Assembly (NCBI GenBank): GCA_050613775.1
Contig: JBODTK010000152.1
Span: 310,001-374,000 of the forward strand
Origin: Neocallimastix sp. 'constans'
Lineage: Eukaryota
Length of the DNA stretch: 64,000 bases
Direction of reading: 5' to 3'
Each line of letters begins with the position of its first letter. Positions within the stretch are counted from its first letter, which is position 1. Shown piece after piece: positions 1 through 10,689 of this stretch. The position numbers were made by a program, and so were the translations under genes. The notes beneath the pieces are model-generated. The model ran no database searches, was not told the origin of the DNA, and was given only the letters and a program-made list of their open reading frames with translations.

Positions 1-1778
1 TTTTCATCAACTTCGTTTAAAGCCATAATATTTTTATCCTTTTCTTCAAAGTTTTTATTAATCTTGTAAGTATTTACTAAGAATTGATTATCATTTGTAG
101 AATAATAAGTTCCTATATATACATTATTTGGACCCCATAAGTTAAATCTACCACGTGTATAATCATCAGTGTCAATAATGACTCTATATCCAATTTTGGC
201 CAGTTCTATTCCACTAATAAGATTTTTAGTTGCAGATTTTGAATATAATACCCTGTCTAGTCGTACATATATTCCATTAATGTAACATTCGTAAGTACCA
301 TATCCTTCGAAGCTACACATTGTCCCATTGGCACATCTTAACTTTATTTTGCAGTGAATAAAATTATTTAGCAAATTAAAATCATTAGTTATATGTTCTC
401 CAGCACCAGTATCATATAACCATTCACTAGTCTTATCATTTTCTTCATAATAATTGATGTTGTTTACATATAATTCCTCTTTTTTATTAGGAATTGTTAT
501 TTCCTTTGGAATAATAAAACTATCATTCACGTATTCAATTAATCCAGAAAATTTAACCTTATTGTTAATGTTTATTTCTTCTTGTTTTTCTATCAGTGTC
601 CTTGCGTCTTCAAAATCAAAATTATCGTCATAACTACTGGCACTGTCTGGATCAGAAATTTTACTTATTAAATGTAAAGACTTCTTTGGATGATCATTTA
701 ATGTGGTCTTTACTTGAAGCTTTTCTTGCCTCCCTTTATTATGATTTGACTTCGTCTTCATATTATATATGCAGTTTCTGGTAGAGTGTCCTTTAACTTC
801 ACAAATGTGACAATATGATTTATTATTATTGTCTTTGTTACTATTATCTTTATTATTATTGTTATATTGGTTACCATTTTGCTTTCCTCTTTTCTTAGAG
901 TTAGAGCTTTTGTTATTATGGTTGTTGTGTTCATTTTTCTTTGAGGAATTACTAGTTCTTCTTCCTCTACTGATAAAATCTAGATCCATTGGATCATCTT
1001 TTTCAATGGTTTTGTTATCTTCCCAATTTTCTAGGTAAGATTTTGCATAAATAAAACTTTTGAGATTATTAATATATACATTAGGGTCACTATTCAAATT
1101 AATTTGAATGATATTTTTATAATCATCCGGTAGTACGTTATAGAGATATTTTAATTTTTCCTTATCAGTGATCTCCACATGTTGTTCTTCCATATCATCG
1201 AAAGTTTCTTTCATAAGTTCTAGCTTTTCGATGATTTGATTTCTATCTCTGGCTTTAATACTTCTTAATCTTTTAAGCCAGTATTCCATATCAGCATTTG
1301 AATTTCCATATTTTGATTTGAGTCTTTCCATTATACGGAAACCATTATTAAGTCTGCTGATTTCTCTTAAAACAGAATCATCGACATTCTTACTGATCAT
1401 GAGTATCATGTCAGCATCGATCCTTTCTGCTTCCTCAACTAATCTGATATGAATAAGAGGATTACCAAAAAAGTTAGTTAGCTGAGTATTAATATCAACA
1501 TTATTGTTTCGATTAACCTCAGCATTATTGTTTCGAATAGGTTCGGCAGGAGCTTGCGGTAACATTTTGGTAATTAATTTAGTAATTACCTTGTTGATAA
1601 CATCGTTGACATTGGGGTTGTAATCAAAACCTACATCATTAAGTTTTCCAACGACGTCGACTTCCATGAATTCCTTAATACCTTGACGTTTAGCGGCATT
1701 GTCAATAAGGAATTTCCACTCATTAAAGTTGGATTTTCCATGGAGGCGTTGGTCCTTAGCTAAGTTAAAGTCTTGCAT
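1..1778 (-). CDS. Ty1/copia retrotransposon Gag-Pol polyprotein, N-terminal part (runs off the left edge of the window)
   Basis: Minus-strand frame from ATG at 1778 (MQDFNLAKDQRLHGKSNFNEWKFLI...). Contains a CX2CX4HX4C zinc knuckle CHICEVKGHSTRNC (~771-812) and a copia-type aspartic protease WLYDTGAGEHIT (~390-425), followed by KVANG...VLYSKSATKNLISG. Absent from the ORF track, consistent with no stop inside the window. Confidence 0.92.
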   Translation of the reverse strand, partial: MQDFNLAKDQRLHGKSNFNEWKFLIDNAAKRQGIKEFMEVDVVGKLNDVGFDYNPNVNDVINKVITKLITKMLPQAPAEPIRNNNAEVNRNNNVDINTQLTNFFGNPLIHIRLVEEAERIDADMILMISKNVDDSVLREISRLNNGFRIMERLKSKYGNSNADMEYWLKRLRSIKARDRNQIIEKLELMKETFDDMEEQHVEITDKEKLKYLYNVLPDDYKNIIQINLNSDPNVYINNLKSFIYAKSYLENWEDNKTIEKDDPMDLDFISRGRRTSNSSKKNEHNNHNNKSSNSKKRGKQNGNQYNNNNKDNSNKDNNNKSYCHICEVKGHSTRNCIYNMKTKSNHNKGRQEKLQVKTTLNDHPKKSLHLISKISDPDSASSYDDNFDFEDARTLIEKQEEININNKVKFSGLIEYVNDSFIIPKEITIPNKKEELYVNNINYYEENDKTSEWLYDTGAGEHITNDFNLLNNFIHCKIKLRCANGTMCSFEGYGTYECYINGIYVRLDRVLYSKSATKNLISGIELAKIGYRVIIDTDDYTRGRFNLWGPNNVYIGTYYSTNDNQFLVNTYKINKNFEEKDKNIMALNEVDE

Positions 1779-1839
1779 GATTTCGGAGCGGTGAAGCGAA
1801 TTAATTAAGTACTTTTAATAATAAATAATATGAGTCAAC

Positions 1840-1853
1840 TGAGACTCTTAATC
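1840..1853 (-). promoter_or_regulatory. Primer-binding site complementary to the anticodon arm of tRNA-Lys(CUU)
   Basis: Minus strand reads GATTAAGAGTCTCA immediately after the LTR end. The plus strand TGAGACTCTTAATC matches the conserved GACTCTTAATC anticodon stem-loop of eukaryotic tRNA-Lys(CTT). Confidence 0.75.
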
Positions 1854-2172
1854 TGTTAGCTTTATTAAATTTAGATCTATAATAATATTCCTTATGGAAT
1901 ATGGTATACAAGGGAAATAAGTGTATGATCTATCTTTCAGCTTTAAATAAGTAATAAAGTCACATGTTACAACATGCGTTTTCCATAACATAAAATAAAT
2001 TAAAAATTAATTAAATAAATATTAAAAGATAATTAACATAGATTTATACAAGACGATAGATCATAATACATTTAAGTAATCATTAAATATAAATAAATAA
2101 ATACACATAAATATAAATAAATACTATAAATAAATAAATTAAATATATAGTTAAATTATGAGTGCAGTCAAC

Positions 2173-2173
<1 letters not shown>
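1854..2173 (-). mobile_element. 5' LTR of the copia element (~320 bp)
   Basis: Bounded by TGTT (1854) and AACA (2173) inverted ends. Lies upstream of gag, abuts the PBS on one side and an (AAT)n tract on the other. The partner LTR is outside the window. Confidence 0.75.
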
Positions 2174-2218
<45 letters not shown>

Positions 2219-2798
2219 TATATATTTTTTTTTATTATTTTTTTTTTTTTTTTAAAAATACGAATTTTTTTCTTTCTTGTTTTTTTTTGTTCAATTTAAA
2301 TATTTTATAATTATGAAGCATTTTTATTATTAAAACAATAAATTTATTTTGTTTTTAACTATTGGAATATATTTAATAATATTTAATGATATTTAATAAG
2401 ATTAACATATAAATTTATATTTATTTATATGTATTGCTACTACTAAAAAATGTTAGCTCTAATTATAAAATTAATAGAACTATAATCATGAATATTAAAT
2501 AATATATATATATATATATTTTTAATATTTTAAATTGCTATTTATTTATAATTAGTAAAATATTATCTTTTTTTTTTTATTTTCAGGACCTATTTTTCAA
2601 ATAAATAATCTTAAAATAAATTAATAAATTAGGTATTAAATTTTATTTATCATTTAATTTAGTTCAATTAATATTTTAAAAAATCAAAAATAATAATTGG
2701 AATTATAATTATTTATTAATTTAAAAAAACTTATAGTTTTTTTTTTAAATACAATCAACAATAACGACTGCATCAACAGTATTAACAATATCTCAACA

Positions 2799-2799
<1 letters not shown>

Positions 2800-2874
<75 letters not shown>

Positions 2875-3025
2875 GTAAAATTAATTATTATTATAACAAC
2901 AATAATAACAATAATAATAACAATACTAACAACAATAATAATAAAAATAATAACAATAACAACAATAACAATAATAACAACAAAAGCAACAATAATAATA
3001 ACAAAAACAACAATAATAATAATAA
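2800..3025. repeat. (AAT)n/(AAC)n microsatellite
   Basis: Visible trinucleotide tract; it produces the spurious poly-Ile ORF 2793..3038. Confidence 0.95.
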
Positions 3026-3577
3026 TCAAATTATTCAAAACATAAATATAATTAATTGTTGTTATTTATTTTTATATTTTATAAAATTTATTTATTTCTT
3101 ATGTTCTTTAACTTAATATAATTTCATTAGCATTATGTTGATTATAAAAATATGTTTTTCATTTATAATAAATTTTGGTCTTGTTAATTTTATTTTTTAT
3201 TATTTATTATTTATTTTTTTTTTATTTTTATTTCCGTATTTTTATTTTTATTTTATTATAATATTTTTATTATATTTTTAATTTTATTTTATTTTTTATT
3301 TTTTTATTTTATTTATTTATTTATTTATTTTTTTTTTTGGTAGACTTTATAATAGTGTATAATATGTATAATATAATTATCATTATTAATTTTAATAAAT
3401 TATAATTTAATATCATTACGTTAATATATATTAAAATTACAGATTTAATTTACAATTATTTATTTAAATTATTTGATATATAAAATTTTATATAGTATTT
3501 TTTTTTTTAAATAAAAATTAATAATAATAATCATGATAATAAAACCATTAGAATAAAAAAGATAGATAATAACGTTT

Positions 3578-4399
3578 CTACATTATAGCACATGTAGTTT
3601 TAGGCTCATCCGGTACTTCTTCTCCTTTTTCTATCTCACCTAACATTAATTCAAATGCTTTTGCAATATTAGTATTATGTTTTGCAGATGCTTCTATATT
3701 AGCACAATTCCATTCTTTAGCAATTTTTTGAGTTTCCTCAAAAGTAACTTCACGTTGTAAATGAAGATCACTTTTATTACCTACAAGTACAATAGGAACC
3801 CAATCTGTTTGAGTATAATTTAAAATTTTATCACGAATAACTTGACAAATTTCAAGTGAAGCTTTGGAAGTGATTGAATAAACTAGCATGTAACCATGAA
3901 TACCGAGTGAGTATTTTTTATTTAAAATTGAATGTTCCTCTTGACCTGCAGTATCAATAATTTCAGCTTTATATTCTTGATTATGATAATTTATTATCTT
4001 AGTAAATGTATTTTCAATAGTTGGATAATATAAGTCAATAAATTGATCTTCTACATATTGAACAGTTAATGATGACTTTATTTTGCATAAATTAAATAAT
4101 TTATTTAAATAATAATAATAATAATAATAATAAATTTATAATAATAAATTTATAATAAATTATATTAATTATACAAATTTTTATATCATAAAAGATTAAT
4201 CATATTTAATATATATATAAATATATTTTTTCAATTAGAATAAATTAATTTATTAGTAATTGTTTAGTAAAATTATAAAATTTAAATTTAAATTATATAT
4301 TAATTATATGTATGTTTATAATATTGGAATTATTTATACCTTTCCAACTGAGGGTGAACCTAAAACAACAATTCTCCTTACTCTTTCTTGCCCGGACAT
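3578..4399 (-). CDS. RHEB: Rheb small GTPase, 2 exons (4399-4340, 4075-3578), 185 aa
   Basis: The GT-AG spliced translation gives MSGQERVRRIVVLGSPSVGK/SSLTVQYVEDQFIDLYYPTIENTF...DTAGQEEHSI...IHGYMLVYSITS...VGNKSDLH...EASAK, ending in the CaaX box CAIM. The effector loop YYPTIENTF is typical of Rheb. Confidence 0.92.
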
Positions 4400-5210
4400 A
4401 TTTAATATTTATAATAATTATATTTTGTTTATATGCGTTTAAATGTTAATTAGTGAATATGATAACTATAAATCATAAGAATGTTAAATTTTATGTTTTA
4501 TGGTTAATTTTGTAGTATTAATAATTATTTATTGATTAAATATAAAATTTTAATAACAATAATATATATAAAATTAAATTATATATAGTATAACTAATTT
4601 AGATAAATGTATATATATATATAAAGTTAGTCGGTTAAATATATTTTATATTATATAGAATTTTATCTTTAGTATTTATTTATTTATTTATAATTGAAGA
4701 ATAATTATTTTTTTTAAAGTATTTATAAATTTATATTAGGAATATTATAATGAAAATAAATTAATCTATTTCAATGAATTTTGACTCATAAAACATAAAT
4801 TTTGTTATTAATAGAATTATTTCGATATGTATTTACTATTATTATTTTTTTTAAAGAATTATGTATATACAAAAATTTTAATTTTGGATAATATATAATA
4901 CAAACTATTTATCAAATTATTTAAAATATTTTTTATAATCATAGGTATTATTCATACTTTTATTATTATTGTTCATTAAATTATATTTTTCAATTTAAAT
5001 TATTTTCATTAACATATTTTATGATTAAATTTTTATACTCTTGTTTAATTATTTTAATTATTTTATAAATAATGTAAAGATTATAATACCTTTTTTAAGC
5101 TTTATTTATTTATTTATTGGTTTGTTTGTTTGTTTGTTTGTTTGTTTTTAGTATTTTTTTCAAAAAAAAAAAAGGAAAAAAAAAATTCTTTATTATTATT
5201 ATTTATTTAA

Positions 5211-5253
<43 letters not shown>

Positions 5254-6305
5254 TTTTAAACGTTTTTATTGAAGATTATACTGCAAAATTTGATTATTTT
5301 TATTGTTCAATTATTTCTTAAAATTATAAATAAAATATTAAGAGGTATCATAAATATTTAAAAAAAATAACAATAGAATAATAATAATTAGTGATAATTA
5401 TATATAGTTCATATTTTATGTTTATTTTTAATATTAATAAATATTGTTGAAAGATAAATTATTATTAAATAATATATTTTGCTTTTTTAATGATTTATTA
5501 ATAATTATCATCACATGATTTTGATCATTATTATTAACTTAAAAATATAATATTTTTAGAGTAATACGCCTCAAATTTACAATCATTACATAATATAAAT
5601 AAATTGTACATAATTTTATTTAATATGAAATTTTTTTTCTTTAGAATAAAATTATTAAATTTTATTAGAATATCATTAATATTAATAAGTAAATGGTTAA
5701 AACCTTATTTTTATGTTTTGTATTTCATAGCAATATATAATCTTTATTTATGAAGTAAAAATTTTATATTTTCAACTATCAAGAAATTTAGTATTCAGTA
5801 AATTGAAAATTTTCAGCTAATTAAATATATATATGTATTAATTTAAATGAATTTAAAATATTATTTTAATGTTATTCAAAATTGATATAATTAAAGAATA
5901 TAGTTAACTGGTTTTAAGACATTTTTATTTTTTTAGCATCAATATACTATAACATAAATAGATTCTTTATATTTTATTGTTATACTGAATTATTAATACT
6001 AATTTATTCAGAATGAATAATTACATAAATAATTTGATATAATTAACAAATAATTAAATATTTTTTTTTTAAACAATAATATATAAAATACTTTATAATT
6101 AAAAAAAAATTATATAATTAAAACTAAATTATTCATAATAAATAATTAAAATAATAATAACTTAATAATAAATAATAAAGAAAATATTTTATTTTATTTT
6201 TAAAAAATTGTAAAATAAAATATTTGTTTAAAAGCTTTTACATCACATATTATTAAATATATTAATTTAAATATTTAATTAAATAATTAAATTATTTTAT
6301 TATAA

Positions 6306-7697
6306 ATGGAAGAAATTATAAATATTAAAATAAGTGAAACTAATCGAGGGAAAAAGCAAATATAAATTTAATTTTTCATTTAAGAATAAAAAATAATTTT
6401 AAAGTATATAGATATGTTGAATATAAAACTTTAAATAAATGTAAATCTTTCATTATTCTAAACGATAAGAAGGAAATTTTAAAATATGAAAGTTTATATA
6501 ATCATCTTAAAAAAGAAATTGATGCATATATATATCGATTGTGAAACATACAATTAAAGATGAAATTAGAAATAGTTTAATTCCTTTGAGTATAAAACCT
6601 AAACTTATATTTAATGAAGTTTCACAAGAAATGAGATTTATATGTCTTGAATATGACGCAATTAAATCCCAAATAATAAGAAATATAAATAAACAACTAC
6701 CTCCAGATGTATCAAAGTTTAATGAAGTTCCTAATGAATGAAAATATTATAAAATAATAAGAAATGCGAATTTTATGATATTTAATAATCCTTATTATCT
6801 TCTAATCTTAATTCTAAGAAAAATTATTCATGAAAAATAATGATGATATATTTGCCGCTGGTACTTTTTATATTTCACCTAAATTTAGTTATCATATATT
6901 TATAACTTACATTAAAGATTTAAATAGTTTTTTTATACTACTTCTTTTTTGAAATTAAAAAATAAATAACAGGCTACTTATGCGATGTTATTTGAATAAA
7001 TATAAAGAAAGCAAATAAATACAGCAATAATTCTAATTACACCGAAATTTTTTCATTGTAATTTTGAAAAAGACATTTCTAATCTAGTAAAAAAAAAATT
7101 TTTTTCTTAATATAAATATTAATAATACTTTATTTGACATTATAAAAGAGCATTATAATTTAAAAATAAATGAATCATGCTATAACGAAGTAAATATAAT
7201 AATATATATTATAAAATGATTTCAAACTTCCTTTTTGAAAATCCTGATTATATAGTTGATATTTATAGTAAAATTAATAATGACTAATTTTTAAAGTTTT
7301 TGGAATATTTTAATGAATATTTAAAAAATAATAAAAATCGAAATTATTATAACAGTATAGAACATTTACCAAATCCAGAATCTTTCAATAATTATTTAAA
7401 TAATTTATTTTCAAAAAAGAAAAAAAAAAAACCTTCTTTTTGTAAATTAATATATACAATAAAACAAGAACAATCTTAATCTTAAAATTATTAAAATGAT
7501 TTCAAAAGGAAAAGTTCAGAAATTTGGAATAATAATAATAATAAAAAAAAAAAAATTAGGAAAAAAAATGATGAAATCTGTATTTTAATTAAAAAATACA
7601 AAACTATGGAATCCAAATAAATTGATAACTGAAGACCAAGAAATAATATTGTTGAATTATAGTTTAAATGTTTAAGTAATATAAATACTGATTTTTA
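6306..7697 (+). pseudogene. Decayed Mutator-like (MULE) DDE transposase
   Basis: Broken frames: MEEIINIKISETNRGKKQI..., DIFAAGTFYISPKFSY (the DGTF motif with Asp lost), FHCNFEKDIS (DFE motif) and ESFNNYL. Many stops and frameshifts; ORF 6541..6741 is one fragment. Confidence 0.75.
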
Positions 7698-7937
7698 ATA
7701 AATGGCAAAGTATTGGTCAAATAAAAAAGATTATCAGAATTCTGTTATACAGAATTAATATTTATAGTTGTAATTATTCTTGATTAAAAATCCATAATTA
7801 TTTAAAATATTAATATTTATAAAAACTTAATTTAAAAAAAATATTCTAATATTTTTTTTAATTATCTTTTTCATTAAATATCTTATTTTTAAAGAATATT
7901 TCATTTATGTATTTAATTTATAGATTTTATAATACTT

Positions 7938-8185
7938 TTAATTTTAATTTTTATATTAATATAAAGATTATTTTATTTTAAAGAATATTTTTTTTCATAT
8001 ATTTAAGAATATTTAAAAAATATATATTTTTTATTTATTTAAGATATATGAGCTTTTTTTAATTTTAATTTTTATATTAATATAAAGATTATTTTATTTT
8101 AAAGAATATTTTTTTTCATATATTTAAGAATATTTAAAAAATATATATTTTTTATTTATTTAAGATATATAAGCTTCTTTAATTT
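7938..8185. repeat. Tandem duplication, two ~121-bp copies
   Basis: attttaatttttatattaatataaagattattttattttaaagaata...taagatatat occurs at ~7941 and ~8062, nearly identical. Confidence 0.85.
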
Positions 8186-8914
8186 TTAAATATCTATATT
8201 TTTTATTTTAAATACTTTTTATATATTTTAAGAATATATATTTTTTTTAAATATGTATATAACAAAACTTTCAAGAATACTTTATTCTTAAAGAATATTT
8301 TTTTTTATTTTTTATTTATTATTATTACTATTATTATTTTTTTTAATATTAATTTAAATAAAAAAATTCACATCCTTAATTTGACGTTATTTATTAAAAT
8401 TATTTATTTATTAATTTATTTATTAAAACTTTGAAATACCTCACTTTTCGAAATGCAACAACTTCCATTTTTATTCAAATTAGTGTAATATTAAAAAATA
8501 TCATATTACGATATATTATTATATATCACATTACGAATAATATATATACTAAGAATTTAAAATTGATTTTAATATAATATTTCTTATTTGAAATAACATT
8601 ATTTTTATATTTACGCATAAATTATAGAGAAACTATAATTTATCATAGTATTAATATATATTTCATTTTTTAATTATTATTTATATTTTGAAACTTGCTA
8701 GTAGATGCTAGCATGTTTCAAAATTGTCATATATGAAGTAAAAATTTTGATTTTCACAAAATTTATAGATATAGATATTAACAAACAATTTTTTGTATTA
8801 TTATAAAGTTAATTTATATTTTGCGATTACATAAGATTTTGTTCAATAATACTTAATTAAATTTTAAATCATAATCATAATAAATTTGAATTAATCATTA
8901 TATTTATTAATGTT

Positions 8915-9323
8915 ATTTGCCTTTCCAATCCTGGTTGTTAGTACTAAGACTTACTTCCTGAATTTATATGGAACGATTTTCATCCTTTTAGGGCGTTTTT
9001 CCATATAAATAAATTTGGTGTTCACTCGTCATGGTAAATATTCCTATTGTTAGACTATTTTATTGCTAGTACAGAAAACACTTGATCTGTGAGAGGATTA
9101 GATTATTGTTCCTCACTTGATGCTAATTCAAGAGATCGCTGAAAAGAAGCCCATTACTTAATGCCACGTATAATGAATGTTTTTAATATTAACCTTGCTT
9201 AGAGAGAAGTCCTCGTCGACGCCGAAACGGTATGGCAAGGAATACAATGAGAGTTTGATACGTTAAGGGAGATATTGGAGGCCTTATCGTTAATTCCAAT
9301 CTAAAAAAAAAAAAAAAAAAAAA
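8915..9323 (+). pseudogene. GC-richer decayed coding fragment ending in poly(A); probable retroposed 3' end of unknown origin
   Basis: One frame reads protein-like with several in-frame stops (DLLPEFIWNDFHPFRAFF...EFDTLREILEALSLIPI*), and its TAA merges into a ~21-nt A run. Confidence 0.4.
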
Positions 9324-9518
9324 TTAACATTAATATAAAACATAATTAAATTTACATTAATTGTACTTTAAAAGCATATTATATAATTCTTTTTGATAAT
9401 ATTAATATTCTTATTCATATAAATTAACGAATTATTGAATAGAAATATAAGAATTTGTTCAGATTATATATATATAATATAAATTTTTAATAATAGAATT
9501 ATTTTTCTAAATTTATAA

Positions 9519-9573
<55 letters not shown>

Positions 9574-10689
9574 ATAGATAAATAAATAAATAAATAAATA
9601 GATAAATAAATAGATAAAAATAAATTTCAAAAAAAATAAAAAAAAAAACGGCTTGTTAATTTAAAGTATAAAATTGGTAATATGGAATTTTTTTTTTTTT
9701 TTTTTTTTTTTTTGATTTGTGAAACGGGTATTTCTATTATTGTTTGTATAATATGTTGTATGAAATATAAAATTTCATTTAAAATATTCTTTCATTTCAT
9801 ATTTTTCGTATATTAATTAATAATTTTTATCAGCCAATGAATTTATAAAATAAAAATTAAAATAAAATTATTAATTTAAAAGATAATTAAAAAAAAACTT
9901 TTATAATATATATGGCTAGAACTTTAAATAAAAAAATAATATGAAATTATAATATTTTTATTGTGAATAAAATTTATATATATAGTTATAATTATTAAAG
10001 TTTAGCACATTTATTATTCATAACTTCTATCAAAAAAGGTGTTATAAGAGGAAATTTATAATAAAATAAATAAAGTTCAATAAAGAATTATAAAATTAAA
10101 GAGGTTTATGAGAAAGTTAAAAATATTTTAAATATAAATATTAAAAAGTAAATAATCATCAAGAAAAAAATTCATTAGATTACATATTATTATATTACAT
10201 ATTATTTTTTATCATGATTAAATTAAATTTCCAGATGTATTTATTTAAGAAAAATTAAAAATTTGAATATTTATATTAGATTTTTATATATTTTATACTT
10301 TTAATTTAAAAAAGGTAAATTTATATTTATTTTTGAAAAATATTAAATATAAAAATCTTCTTATTTTTTCATATATATTGTAATTATTAAATTTATCATA
10401 TAAAAATTTTTAATTAGTAATGAAAATTTTTTATAAAAAATTATTATTGAAAAATTTTTGTTATTACTTTGGATACAAACAATAATATAAAAATAAATTA
10501 AATTTAATATATAATATATTAGAGAAAATTTAAAACTAGATTCAATAATTTATATATCAAATCTTATTGAAAAAATGATATATAAGCCTTATATGAACCC
10601 TTTTTTATTAATATTAAAAAAAAATTATAGATAAAAAAGAAAATAAAGAAAAATAATAAAAAAATATATAAAATTATATCTAAAAAAAA

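Noticed and set aside
596..1038. Plus-strand ORFs 596..784 and 829..1038
   Set aside because: Antisense shadows of the copia gag-pol frame.
2793..3038. 81-aa Ile/Val-rich ORF
   Set aside because: It is the translation of an (AAT/AAC)n microsatellite.
9068..9092. Minus-strand AGATCAAGTGT resembling U2 snRNA
   Set aside because: It lacks the GTAGTA branch-recognition sequence, the U2 5' stem and an Sm site.
9190..9245. Possible hammerhead or HDV-like ribozyme (GCCGAAAC, TCCTCGT)
   Set aside because: The CUGANGA core is missing and the HDV P3 stem cannot be formed.
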